Below, piece by piece: positions 9,657 through 18,459 of a stretch of DNA of 64,000 bases. A program made the translations under genes and the position numbers. Under the pieces are notes generated by a model. That model saw only the letters and a program-made list of their open reading frames with translations. It was not told the origin of the DNA and did no database searches. Source of the DNA: Acidobacteriota bacterium (GTDB lineage: Bacteria > Acidobacteriota > Terriglobia > Bryobacterales > Bryobacteraceae). The DNA lies in the NCBI GenBank assembly GCA_025354525.1, contig JANXMS010000480.1, positions 3,590 through 67,589 of the forward strand. The letters run 5' to 3'. Numbering within the stretch: position 1 is the stretch's first letter; the number at the start of each line of letters is the position of its first letter.

Positions 9657-10467
9657 AAACGAAATGCAGAACCTTTTTCAGGTCTTCCCACGATTCGCGC
9701 TTCGCGTTCTGGTTATACGGCCGCAGCAAATACGACGGATGATAGGTCACCATCACCGGAATATCCTGCCATTTGTGCCAATTCCCCCGCAGCTTGGTCA
9801 CCCCTTCCTTCGTCCCCAGCAGCGCCTTCGCCGCTGTCGATCCCAACGCGCAAATTGCCTTCGGCTTAATCGCCAGCAACTGCCGAAACAGAAACTGCCC
9901 ACAGATTTCCATCTCGTCCGGCATCGGAGCCCGGTTCTCCGGCGGCCGACACTTCACGACGTTGGCGATGTAAACATCCGGTCGCAGAATCGTGATTCCT
10001 TCCTTCGACGCCGTTCCTTCAATCATCGCCGTCAAAAGCTGCCCGGCCCGGCCCACAAACGGCAACCCACTAGCGTCTTCGTCCGCCCCTGGACCCTCGC
10101 CTACAAACACGAGCCGCGCTCCTTCATTCCCTGATCCAAACACAATCTTATTCCGCGCTTCGCACAGCCGACAGCGCTTGCAGTCGCCAATGTCCTGGCG
10201 GATCGCCTCCATCGAATCGCCTTCCGGCGCTAGCGGCAACAGCTTGGGAACAGTGGTTTTCATAATCGGTGCAGAGGGCGGCATAACGCGTACGGGCATC
10301 GCTCGCGGGGACGCCGCCGGTGCCATCGGCGGCAGTAGCAAGTTCAAATCGTCCACCAACTCCGGCAACGCTTCCGGGGTCGCCAGCGCCGAACCTCGCT
10401 GGTATATCGTCTTCATCCCCAAGTCCTGATAGAACTCAAGAAACTGGCGAATCTCTTCCCGTGTCAT
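9649..10467 (-). CDS. Uracil-DNA glycosylase, family 4, with an N-terminal extension
   Basis: CKRCRLCEARNKIVFGSGNEGARLVFVGEGPGADEDASGLPFVGRAGQLL and HPSYLLR motifs. Confidence 0.85.
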   Translation of the reverse strand: MTREEIRQFLEFYQDLGMKTIYQRGSALATPEALPELVDDLNLLLPPMAPAASPRAMPVRVMPPSAPIMKTTVPKLLPLAPEGDSMEAIRQDIGDCKRCRLCEARNKIVFGSGNEGARLVFVGEGPGADEDASGLPFVGRAGQLLTAMIEGTASKEGITILRPDVYIANVVKCRPPENRAPMPDEMEICGQFLFRQLLAIKPKAICALGSTAAKALLGTKEGVTKLRGNWHKWQDIPVMVTYHPSYLLRPYNQNAKRESWEDLKKVLHFVYD

Positions 10468-11675
10468 TGGCTTGCATGCAGCGACAGCCGGAGCCGTAAC
10501 GCCTGATCAAAAATCTGTCGCGCCACTTCGCGCTTCGACGCCCGTTCAATGTGGCGCGTCTCCCCCGTACTCATCACGAGCGTCACCTCGTTCTCATCCG
10601 CCTCGAACCCCGTCCCCGACTGGTTTACCAAATTCCCCACCACCATATCGGCGTTCTTCGTCGTCATCTTCCGCTTCGCCTCCGCCGCCAAGTTCTGCGT
10701 CTCCGCCGCAAACCCAATCAGCAACCGGTCGCCCTTCTTCGCGCCCACCTCGGCCAGAATATCCGGCGTCGGGTCCAGGTCCAACGCCACCCGCGCCGCC
10801 GTTTTCTTCAGTTTTTGCGGCGCAATCTCCGCCACATAATAATCCGCCACCGCCGCCGCTTTCACGATAATCGAAGCCGCATCCAAATGCGCCATCACCG
10901 CATCCCGCATCTCGCGCGCCGACTGCACCGCCACCATCTCCACGCCCACCGGTGCAGCCAAATGCACGGGCCCGCTCACCAGCACCACCCGCGCTCCCCG
11001 CGCCGCTGCCTCCGCCGCCATCGCGTAGCCCATCTTCCCGCTTGACCGATTCGTGATGTACCGCACCGGGTCAATCGCTTCCTGCGTCGGACCCGCCGTG
11101 ATCAACACCGTTTCCCCCGTCAAGTCCTGCGGGCTCAGCGCCGCGATCACCGCTTCGGCAATCCACTCCGGTTCCGCTAAGCGCCCCGGCCCTACCGTCC
11201 CACACGCCAAGTCTCCGCTATCCGGACCCACGAGCTTATGGCCCCGGCTCCGCAATACGTCCAAGTTCGCCTGCGTCGCCGGATGGTTCCACATGTTCGT
11301 GTTCATCGCCGGAGCCAGCACCACCGGCCCTGTAAACGCCAAATATAGCGTCGACAAAAAATCGTCAGCCAGTCCATGCGTGAACTTCGCGAGCAAGTCG
11401 GCCGTCGCCGGTGCCACCACCAACACGGCATTCTCCTGCGCCACCGCAATGTGCTCCACTGAACTCGCCAGCACCTCGTCGGCACTCCGTGTCCCGAACA
11501 AACCCGTGATCACCTTCCGCCCCGTCAACGCCGCAAACGTGAGGGGCTGGATAAACTCCGTTGCCCCCGCCGTCATCACCGTGCTGACCGTACAACCCCG
11601 CCGCATCAGCACCCGCGCCAATTCCGCCGCCTTGTAAGCGGCGATGCCCGAACCCACTCCCAGGACGACGTTCAT
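10464..11675 (-). CDS. coaBC: Bifunctional phosphopantothenoylcysteine decarboxylase / phosphopantothenate-cysteine ligase
   Basis: MNVVLGVGSGIAAYKA start at 11675, PAMNTNMW, ITAGPTQEAIDPVRYITNRSSGKMG. The longer ORF to 11726 would overlap rpoZ. Confidence 0.95.
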   Translation of the reverse strand: MNVVLGVGSGIAAYKAAELARVLMRRGCTVSTVMTAGATEFIQPLTFAALTGRKVITGLFGTRSADEVLASSVEHIAVAQENAVLVVAPATADLLAKFTHGLADDFLSTLYLAFTGPVVLAPAMNTNMWNHPATQANLDVLRSRGHKLVGPDSGDLACGTVGPGRLAEPEWIAEAVIAALSPQDLTGETVLITAGPTQEAIDPVRYITNRSSGKMGYAMAAEAAARGARVVLVSGPVHLAAPVGVEMVAVQSAREMRDAVMAHLDAASIIVKAAAVADYYVAEIAPQKLKKTAARVALDLDPTPDILAEVGAKKGDRLLIGFAAETQNLAAEAKRKMTTKNADMVVGNLVNQSGTGFEADENEVTLVMSTGETRHIERASKREVARQIFDQALRLRLSLHASQ

Positions 11676-11688
11676 GCCGCCCTCGAAC

Positions 11689-11946
11689 TTAGCTACGTCT
11701 CGAAGCGATCTCAGCCAAATTCGCATCGCGAATCGGGTCTTCGTATTGAATCAAGCCCCGGCGGACCTCTTCGAGCGCCGTCACGGTCGGCTTCCGCGTC
11801 GTGGTCGGCAGAAACGACCGGCTACCAGCCTGCAATTGCCGAGCCCGCTTGGCAGCGACAATGATGAAACGGTAGGTGCTCGATTCAGGATCGTCAGGGA
11901 TCGCGAAATTGATATTGCGGGGAGTGTTCTCGGCCATAGAATTCAA
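11689..11946 (-). CDS. rpoZ: DNA-directed RNA polymerase subunit omega
   Basis: 85 aa, RFIIVAAKRARQLQAG motif, conserved gmk-rpoZ-coaBC context. Confidence 0.9.
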   Translation of the reverse strand: MNSMAENTPRNINFAIPDDPESSTYRFIIVAAKRARQLQAGSRSFLPTTTRKPTVTALEEVRRGLIQYEDPIRDANLAEIASRRS

Positions 11947-11951
11947 TGCCT

Positions 11952-12554
11952 CTAAAACGAACCCAACACTCGCTGTACCGGCCCTTCCATCCGCTTCCGG
12001 CGTAAACGCTCGGCCCGGATAATACTGCGAAGGTCCGCCACAGCGGCGTCCAGCTCATCGTTAATCAAAATGTAGTCGTAAATATCGTACTGAGTAGTCT
12101 CGGCTTTCGCTTCCCGCAGTCGGCGTTCTATCGCTTCTGGATGATCCTGCGATCGTGCCCGTAAGCGTCGCTCCAACTCGGTCCGGTCCGGCGGCAAAAC
12201 AAAAATCAGGACGGCGTCAACAACTCGCTTCTGTAATTGTCTCGCACCCTGCACGTCGATGTCCATGACCAGGTCGCACCCCGCCGCCGCCGCCCGTTCA
12301 ATCTCGCTCTCGTGCGTCCCATAATAATTCCCAAACACGGTCGCATGTTCCAAAAACTCGCCCGCCGCCACCCGACGCTCGAAGTCTTCCTTCGTCGTGA
12401 AATGATAGTCCACCCCGTCCCGCTCCGGGCCGCGCGGAGCCCGCGTCGTATAACTGCGTGAAAACGCCAGTTGCGAATCCGTCCGCCGCGCATCGCGCAG
12501 AATCGTCGATTTTCCCGTTCCCGAAGGAGCCGAAATCACAAACAAAATGCTCAT
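11952..12554 (-). CDS. gmk: Guanylate kinase
   Basis: ISAPSGTGKSTI P-loop, YTTRAPRGPERDGVDYHF, LERRL. Confidence 0.95.
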   Translation of the reverse strand: MSILFVISAPSGTGKSTILRDARRTDSQLAFSRSYTTRAPRGPERDGVDYHFTTKEDFERRVAAGEFLEHATVFGNYYGTHESEIERAAAAGCDLVMDIDVQGARQLQKRVVDAVLIFVLPPDRTELERRLRARSQDHPEAIERRLREAKAETTQYDIYDYILINDELDAAVADLRSIIRAERLRRKRMEGPVQRVLGSF

Positions 12555-13444
12555 TCCAGATTCAACGATTGTTCACGGATCTTTTCAATATCAGCCTTGA
12601 TCCCCAGTCCCACTTCTGTCAGAACCAGCCCCTGCTCGCCAATTCCGTTCGTCTTCGAAAGCATCGTGTTCGCTTCCCGGTTCATCTCCTGCAACAAAAA
12701 GTCCATCTTCTTGCCCACTTCGCCGCCCTTCTGCAACATCTGGTCGAGCTGCTCGGAATGAATCTCCAAGCGCGCAATCTCTTCCCCAATGTCGCTCCGG
12801 TCGGCCAGAATCGCCGCTTCCTGCACCAACCGCTGCGGCTCAATCCCGGCCCCGCCCAGCAATTCTCCTAGCCGGTCCCGCAGCCGCTGCTGAAAGGCCG
12901 GCATCGCGCGGGTCCGAATCTCCCGCACCTGTCCCACGGCTGACCGAATGGACTTCGTCCGTTCGGCGAGCACCGCCGCCGTCTCCGCCCCCTCCCGCTC
13001 CCGCACTTTGTTCATCTCGGTCAGCACGTCTTCCAGCAGCGTTAATAAAAACGTCTGCAGCTCGGCTTCGGGCTCCTGGTCCGCTGCCGGTTCGAACATC
13101 CCCGGCACCCGCAGCGCCACGTTCAAGTCGCATTCGGCCACCGTCCCGGTGCGACGCGTCGCTTGGCGAAACGCAGCCAAATACGAGTCGAGCAGTTCAG
13201 CATTCAGGCTTGCCACGGCATCGCTCTTGTTCCGATGGTATTGCACTCGGATCTCGATATGTCCGCGCGACATCATCTTCCGGATCAAAGCCCGCATTGC
13301 GGTCTCATAGGGGTCCAGGGCTCCGGGCATCTGGAAATGGAGATCCAGCCCCCGGTGGTTGACACCCTTCACCGTAATCACCGTCTCGCCGTCGGGGCTC
13401 TGCCGCCGCAACCGCGCAAATCCCGTCATGCTGCGTATACTCAT
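12551..13444 (-). CDS. yicC: YicC-family stress-induced protein (DUF1732)
   Basis: MSIRSMTGFAR N-terminus (ATG 13444). C-terminal KKMDFLLQEMNREANTMLSKT and IKADIEKIREQSLNLE. Confidence 0.9.
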   Translation of the reverse strand: MSIRSMTGFARLRRQSPDGETVITVKGVNHRGLDLHFQMPGALDPYETAMRALIRKMMSRGHIEIRVQYHRNKSDAVASLNAELLDSYLAAFRQATRRTGTVAECDLNVALRVPGMFEPAADQEPEAELQTFLLTLLEDVLTEMNKVREREGAETAAVLAERTKSIRSAVGQVREIRTRAMPAFQQRLRDRLGELLGGAGIEPQRLVQEAAILADRSDIGEEIARLEIHSEQLDQMLQKGGEVGKKMDFLLQEMNREANTMLSKTNGIGEQGLVLTEVGLGIKADIEKIREQSLNLE

Positions 13445-13508
13445 GAGCCTTCCATTATGCAGAAGCCAAGGCCCCCTATTCAAGGAACTGTTATCTTCGA
13501 GCAAACTG

Positions 13509-14261
13509 ATGCGGTTTCTCTACTACTCGCTCTTCCGCCTTGTCCTCCGGCTCCGCTGCGCCATCCACGACCAAATCGGCCCCGCGGCCCCACTCCCTCC
13601 GGCCCTTTTCCGATACCGCGTCAGCGAATCGCTCTCAGTCCCCGTCTTCCTTTTGATCGGGGAACGCTGCGCCCAACTCATCTCGACCCACTTGGGCCCC
13701 CAACTCCACTCCGACTGCCAGGTCCTCGATTTCGGATGCGGCTGCGGAAGAACCCTCCGCTGGCTTCTCCCCGCCTATCCCGACGTCCACTTTCACGGCC
13801 TCGATGTTGACCCCGAAGCCATCACCTGGTGCCAAGCGAATTTCTCTGCCGCGAGCTTCTCAATCGATCCCCCCGCCAGCAAATTCGACGCCATCTACTG
13901 CCTCTCCGTCTTCACCCACCTCGACGAAGCCGCCCAGGACCACTGCCTCGCGATGCTCCACGGACTCCTAAAGCCGAACGGCGTGCTGCTCTTCACCGTC
14001 CACGGACCCAACGCCACCCGGAACCTCCGCCCCGCCCAGCAAAAGGAACTCCAGTCCACCGGCTTTCTGCATCTGACCTCGACCAAGCTTCGCGGCATCG
14101 TCCCCCCGAACTACCACACGACTTGGCATACGCAGTGCTACGTCGCGACCCGCTTAGCTCCCCTATTTCCCCGCGTCGAATATCACCCTGTCGTCGATGG
14201 CGTCCAAGATGTCGTCCTCGCCTACAAATCGACCCCCGCCGAATCGCAAACCCCGTCATGA
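13509..14261 (+). CDS. Class I SAM-dependent methyltransferase
   Basis: VLDFGCGCGRTLRWLL (motif I), FDAIYCLSVFTHLD, LKPNGVLLFTV. ATG at 13509 (MRFLYYS) is chosen downstream of the divergent yicC start. Confidence 0.75.
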   Translation: MRFLYYSLFRLVLRLRCAIHDQIGPAAPLPPALFRYRVSESLSVPVFLLIGERCAQLISTHLGPQLHSDCQVLDFGCGCGRTLRWLLPAYPDVHFHGLDVDPEAITWCQANFSAASFSIDPPASKFDAIYCLSVFTHLDEAAQDHCLAMLHGLLKPNGVLLFTVHGPNATRNLRPAQQKELQSTGFLHLTSTKLRGIVPPNYHTTWHTQCYVATRLAPLFPRVEYHPVVDGVQDVVLAYKSTPAESQTPS

Positions 14262-14364
14262 AAACTACAATCCACCTCATTTGCCCCCAATCGTTCGATG
14301 AGCCGGTCGATCACGCCGAAATCAGCAGAACCCGCTCGTCGTCACCGGGAGTGCCGCAACTTCG

Positions 14365-14684
14365 TTAGACCAGCTCGAGCCTGATTTCACGGTCTATTGC
14401 CGCCGCTGCTTTTTGCAGTGTGCTAAGCGTAACCGAAACGTTGGCGGGGTCCAGCAATCAATCAAGCGAGGCGCGGCTCGTTCGCATGCGCTTGGCCCTT
14501 TCAGCCGTCGTTACGTTCTGCTCTTTCATCGTCGGCGTTTCCGTACAGACCTTGCTCAACTGTCCCGCCTTAACTACTTTTCAACAGCGCATACATGAGA
14601 CTCCGTCAATTTACGGACTGCACTTCCACGGGGCCAGACGCCCTTTGAGCCAGTACGGGGTCACTGATGGCTATCGGACGCATA
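14365..14684 (-). pseudogene. XRE/Fis-type HTH antitoxin-like gene, multiply disrupted
   Basis: Minus strand: MRPIAISDPVLAQRASGPVEVQSVN-TGA(14607-14609)-RSLMYALLK, then a frameshift, then MKEQNVTTAERAKRMRTSRASLD-TGA(14459-14461)-LLDPANVSVTLSTLQKAAA, then a 1-nt indel near 14400, then IDREIRLELV-TAA. This resembles antitoxins ending ..TSRAxLDRLLDPxNxSVTLxTLxxAAxAxGxxLxxELV (recalled from memory). Confidence 0.5.
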
Positions 14685-14940
14685 CGGCAGTCCGAGCCTG
14701 TTGGAGTGCACGTGGCGGCCGACCAGAGGCTCTGCCGAGTTTCCACCTTGGCCGGTTGTCCCGCCGTGAACCCAGACACCCCGTGTCCGTTGCTTGTTTT
14801 GATGGGTTGGTGGCTTCAATGGCCGTGCCACTTGCTGCCTTAGCGCATGGCGTCGCCGACGGAGGTCTCTCACGCGGTGTCAATGAATAGGTCACCCGAA
14901 CAATCGCGACACGGCACCTTTCGGATACACTACTAAGCAT

Positions 14941-15642
14941 ATGAGTCGACTTCCCGCTCTGTTCCTCGGGTCCTCGTCGGAGGGTCTGAACGTTGCACGG
15001 GCCATTCAAACCCAGCTCCAAACGGATAGCGAGGTGACCGTTTGGAACGAAGGAGCTTTTCCTCTGGGGCAAACGACCTTGGAAGGCTGAGTGAACGCTC
15101 TTGACCGCTTCGATTTTGCCGTCCTCGTCCTTACACCAGACGATACGGTCGTAAGCAGAGCTTCGGAGCACTTGGCCCCTCGCGACAATCTCCTTTTCGA
15201 ACTGGGACTGTTTATGGGACGGCTCGGAAGGTCGAGGACCTTCGTCGTGTGTGAGAACTCCACGCGGATGAAGCTACCCTCGGACCTTGCTGGTGTGACG
15301 GTGGCTAGGTTCACGCAAGAGCGAACAGATCGAAACTTAATCGCGGCTGTAGGTCCAGCCTGCAACCAGATTCGCCAAACCGTCAGAGACCTCGGTCTGA
15401 CTGATGGTCGGACGAGCCAGCGCTTGCAATCGGCTACCGCTGACATGGAGCAAGTTACACAGACGATGGCCCACCTTATACATCTGTTGGCGCGATCGCG
15501 AGTAGTCGAACTTGATATCGTCAATCAGCAACTGGGTGGCATGATTCGTTCGGACTTCTTGGACCAGTTACGCAAGGATATAGAAGATCTGGCCAAGGCG
15601 ACTAAGGAAACAAATTCAAAGTTGCCTCCGATTGATTTGTGA
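14941..15642 (+). pseudogene. TIR-like domain protein (PF10137 / CAP12-Pycsar-effector-type TIR-like) + C-terminal helical region, interrupted by one in-frame TGA
   Basis: ATG 14941: MSRLPALFLGSSSEGLNVARAIQTQLQTDSEVTVWNEGAFPLGQTTLEG-TGA(15088-15090)-VNALDRFDFAVLVLTPDDTVVSRASEHLAPRDNLLFELGLFMGRLGRSRTFVVCE..KLPSDLAGVT. Both halves are in the same frame. The track ORF 15091..15642 starts at the GTG right after the stop. Confidence 0.65.
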
Positions 15643-15679
15643 CGCCGCCAACGGCCAAAGGATAAAAACTCTCATCCCC

Positions 15680-17404
15680 CTACGAATCCACCCCCTCCGA
15701 AAACTGCAACTCATACAACCGCTGATACATTCCCCCCGCCCCCACCAACTCCTCGTGTCGCCCCGTCTCCACAATCCGCCCCTTCTCTAACACCACAATC
15801 CGATCCGCCCGCCGAACCGTCGACAACCGATGCGCAATCACAATCACCGTCCGCCCCTGCATCAAATTCCCTAGCGCCCCCTGCACCAGCACCTCGCTCT
15901 CGGTATCCAAATGCGAAGTCGCCTCGTCCAACACCAGAATCGGTGCGTTCTTTAGCAACGCCCGCGCAATCGAAATTCGCTGCCGCTGCCCCCCCGAAAG
16001 CCTCGTCCCCCGCTCCCCAATCATCGTCTCGAATCCCTGCGGCAACTCCTCAATAAACTCCAGCGCTAACGCATTCCGTGCCGCCTCCCGAACCTCCCCT
16101 TCCGAAGCCTCCGGCCGTCCATAACGCAAGTTATTCGCTACCGTATCGTTGAACAAAAACGTATCCTGCGCCACCGTCCCAATCAACTTCCGCAGGCTCT
16201 CCAGCGTCAACTCCCGCACGTTCACCCCGTCGATCTCGATCCCTCCCGACTCCGGATCGTAGAACCGCGGCAGCAACGAAGCCAACGTCGATTTACCCGC
16301 GCCGCTCGGCCCCACCAGCGCCACAATCTCTCCGGCCTTCACCCGCAGCGAAAGATCCGTCAACACCGGCCCCTCGCTCGTCGGATACCGGAACGTCAAA
16401 TGTTCTATAGCTATCTCCCGCGTGAACCCCTTTACCGTAACGCGTCCCGGCTCCACCGTCGTCGGCCGATCCAAATACTCAAACACCTTCTGCGACGCCC
16501 CCAGCGCCTGTTGGAAAATGTTGTGAATCCCCACGAGCCGCTTCATCGGCTCGTACAGCAGCAGCAGCGTCACCACAAAACTCGTGAACTCCCCCGTCGT
16601 CATCACCCCAGTCCGAATCTCGCTCCGCGCATAAATCAGCAGCCCCACAATCGTCAACGCGCCCATAAACTCAATCAACGGCGACGCAATTGCCTGCTGC
16701 ATCACATACTTCAAATTACTCCGCCGCAACCGCCGCCCCGCCTCGCGGAATCGCGCCGACTCCATCACCTCGGAACCAAACGACTTCACCACCTGGTGCC
16801 CGCTCAATGTCTCCTGCAGAATCTGATTCACCTCGGCCGTATCGTCCTGCGCCTTCCGCGTCGACCGCCGAATCCGCCGCCCCAACTGCGCCGTCGGCAA
16901 CATCACAATCGGAATCACCGTCACGCTGAACAACGCCAGTTTCCACGACGTTTGAAAAATCACAAACAACAGCGAAACCGCCACAAAAGTCTGCCGCAGC
17001 CAATCCGCCAGAATGTGCGACGTCGCCACCTGAATCTTGTCGATGTCGTTCATGATCGACGACATCAACCGCCCCGTTGAAGTCGTTTCAAAAAACTGCG
17101 CATCCTGCCGCAGCACCCGTTCAAACACCGCCTGCCTTAAGTCCGTCACCGCCGAAATCCCCGCCCGGTTCACCAAGTAATTGCCGAAATAATCGGCCAC
17201 TCCGCGGAGCAAAAATGCGGCCACCACCACCAGCATCACGCCCGACACCACCGAATCCGTGCCCTGCGGGTTCAGCACCTGGTCGAAGATCGGCTTGATC
17301 AAATACGCAATCAAGCCCTGCGCCCCGCCGGCCAGCGCCATAAGAAATACCGACGCGAAAAGCCACCCAGCATACGGCCGCACATAACTCAAAATCCGCT
17401 TCAT
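15680..17404 (-). CDS. msbA: ABC transporter permease/ATP-binding protein (MsbA-like lipid exporter)
   Basis: Six-TM ABC exporter domain, Walker A GPSGAGKST, signature LSGGQRQRISIARA, Walker B ILVLDEATS. ATG 17404 (MKRILSYVRPY) forms an ATGA overlap with the GT9 gene. Confidence 0.85.
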   Translation of the reverse strand: MKRILSYVRPYAGWLFASVFLMALAGGAQGLIAYLIKPIFDQVLNPQGTDSVVSGVMLVVVAAFLLRGVADYFGNYLVNRAGISAVTDLRQAVFERVLRQDAQFFETTSTGRLMSSIMNDIDKIQVATSHILADWLRQTFVAVSLLFVIFQTSWKLALFSVTVIPIVMLPTAQLGRRIRRSTRKAQDDTAEVNQILQETLSGHQVVKSFGSEVMESARFREAGRRLRRSNLKYVMQQAIASPLIEFMGALTIVGLLIYARSEIRTGVMTTGEFTSFVVTLLLLYEPMKRLVGIHNIFQQALGASQKVFEYLDRPTTVEPGRVTVKGFTREIAIEHLTFRYPTSEGPVLTDLSLRVKAGEIVALVGPSGAGKSTLASLLPRFYDPESGGIEIDGVNVRELTLESLRKLIGTVAQDTFLFNDTVANNLRYGRPEASEGEVREAARNALALEFIEELPQGFETMIGERGTRLSGGQRQRISIARALLKNAPILVLDEATSHLDTESEVLVQGALGNLMQGRTVIVIAHRLSTVRRADRIVVLEKGRIVETGRHEELVGAGGMYQRLYELQFSEGVDS

Positions 17405-18291
17405 AGCCGGTCCACCGCCGCCAGCACCTCGGCCACCGTCACGTTCGCCATAGTCCCTCGCCCACCAACCACCTCCGCCCGCACCCGCCAAGGCGCCCAA
17501 GTCACCGCGTCCGAAGGCCCAAAGATCACGACCTGAGGAATTCCCATCGCCGCCGCCATATGCGCCGGTCCACTATCATTACCGACGAACAACGACGCCC
17601 CCTGCAACAAACTCATCGTCTCTTCCAGCGGCTCTCCCACCACCGTTCTAAACTTCGCGAACGCCGACAAATCATCCCCCGGCCCGCCGATAAACACCGG
17701 CTCCATCCCCTGCAAATGCTTGGCCACGGCCAAGAACCCATCCGCCCGCCAAGTCTTGTCCCCCGCCGACGCCACCGGGTGAATAACCGCATACGGCCGC
17801 TCAGCCACGCTCGTCCGCGCGAACAACCGCGCCGCCGGAACCTCGCTCCGCGGTACGCCCAGGTAAAACATTCCTGATGCTAAATGTTCCGCCGTATGCA
17901 CTGCCCGCTCCACGCTCAGAATCTCCTGCGCCCGCGGCATCTTCACGTTATAAATCGCCTGCCCCACGAAGTGCTGAAACCCCGCCCGTCGCCCCGCCAG
18001 CGCCAGCGCCGTCAGCCAGATGCTCCGCGTGCCGCCGTGGAAGTTGATCACCAGTTTCGGGCTCCAAATGGTCAACTCCCCCATCGCAGGAGACAGCACC
18101 GCATCCACATCCGGGTTCCCCCGAAACACAGCCGCGAACCGATCTTCCACCACCACCCCGATCTTCAAATCCGGCCGATAGCTCTTCAGCAAGTGGATCG
18201 CCGGAGTCGTCAAAACGCAGTCGCCCAACGAGCGCAGCCGGATGATTCCCACCTTCGCGCCCGTCGGCAATTGCTCCAGCACTGTCTTCAA
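17401..18291 (-). CDS. Glycosyltransferase family 9 (LPS heptosyltransferase-like)
   Basis: IIRLRSLGDCVLTTPAI N-terminus, VIHPVASAGDKTW, GNDSGPAHMAAAMG. The start appears to be TTG at 18291. Confidence 0.85.
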   Translation of the reverse strand: MKTVLEQLPTGAKVGIIRLRSLGDCVLTTPAIHLLKSYRPDLKIGVVVEDRFAAVFRGNPDVDAVLSPAMGELTIWSPKLVINFHGGTRSIWLTALALAGRRAGFQHFVGQAIYNVKMPRAQEILSVERAVHTAEHLASGMFYLGVPRSEVPAARLFARTSVAERPYAVIHPVASAGDKTWRADGFLAVAKHLQGMEPVFIGGPGDDLSAFAKFRTVVGEPLEETMSLLQGASLFVGNDSGPAHMAAAMGIPQVVIFGPSDAVTWAPWRVRAEVVGGRGTMANVTVAEVLAAVDRL

Positions 18292-18458
18292 TCTTCGACT
18301 TTCGCTTCGTCGATCAGCATCACCGGAATCTCATCCCGAATCGGATACACCCGGTGACACTGCACGCATTTCAACCCGTTCCCGCTCGGCGTCAGGTTGA
18401 CGGTGGTCTTGCACAGCGGGCACACCAAAATCTCCAAAAGCTCTTTGCTAACCGCCAT
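18288..18458 (-). CDS. Trm112/UPF0434 family zinc-ribbon protein (56 aa; below the ORF-track cutoff)
   Basis: Hand translation: MAVSKELLEILVCPLCKTTVNLTPSGNGLKCVQCHRVYPIRDEIPVMLIDEAKVED. CPxC...CxxC and YPIRDxIPVML are hallmarks of the family. It fills the gap between eda and GT9. Confidence 0.8.
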   Translation of the reverse strand: MAVSKELLEILVCPLCKTTVNLTPSGNGLKCVQCHRVYPIRDEIPVMLIDEAKVED

Positions 18459-18459
18459 G

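Noticed and set aside
14259-14369. A 36-codon ORF (MKTTIHLICPQSF...) overlapping the methyltransferase stop by ATGA, considered as a real small gene.
   Set aside because: It is too short and has no recognisable motif. It looks like the N-terminal stump of a truncated gene at the edge of the islet. The surrounding 179-aa track ORF (13829..14368) is an Arg/Pro-rich off-frame artefact of the methyltransferase gene.
14685-14940. The ORF-free stretch as a structured ncRNA. I noted ..gccgtatgcg..ccgtactggc.. on the minus strand, which vaguely recalls group II intron domain V, and checked for RNase P, tmRNA, SRP and retron msr/msd signatures.
   Set aside because: The candidate hairpin has a loop far too long for domain V. 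None of the conserved RNase P, tmRNA or SRP sequence blocks is present. There is no reverse transcriptase or intron-encoded protein nearby. Decayed toxin-gene DNA upstream of the antitoxin ghost is more parsimonious. The question remains open pending covariance-model searches (Rfam/Infernal).
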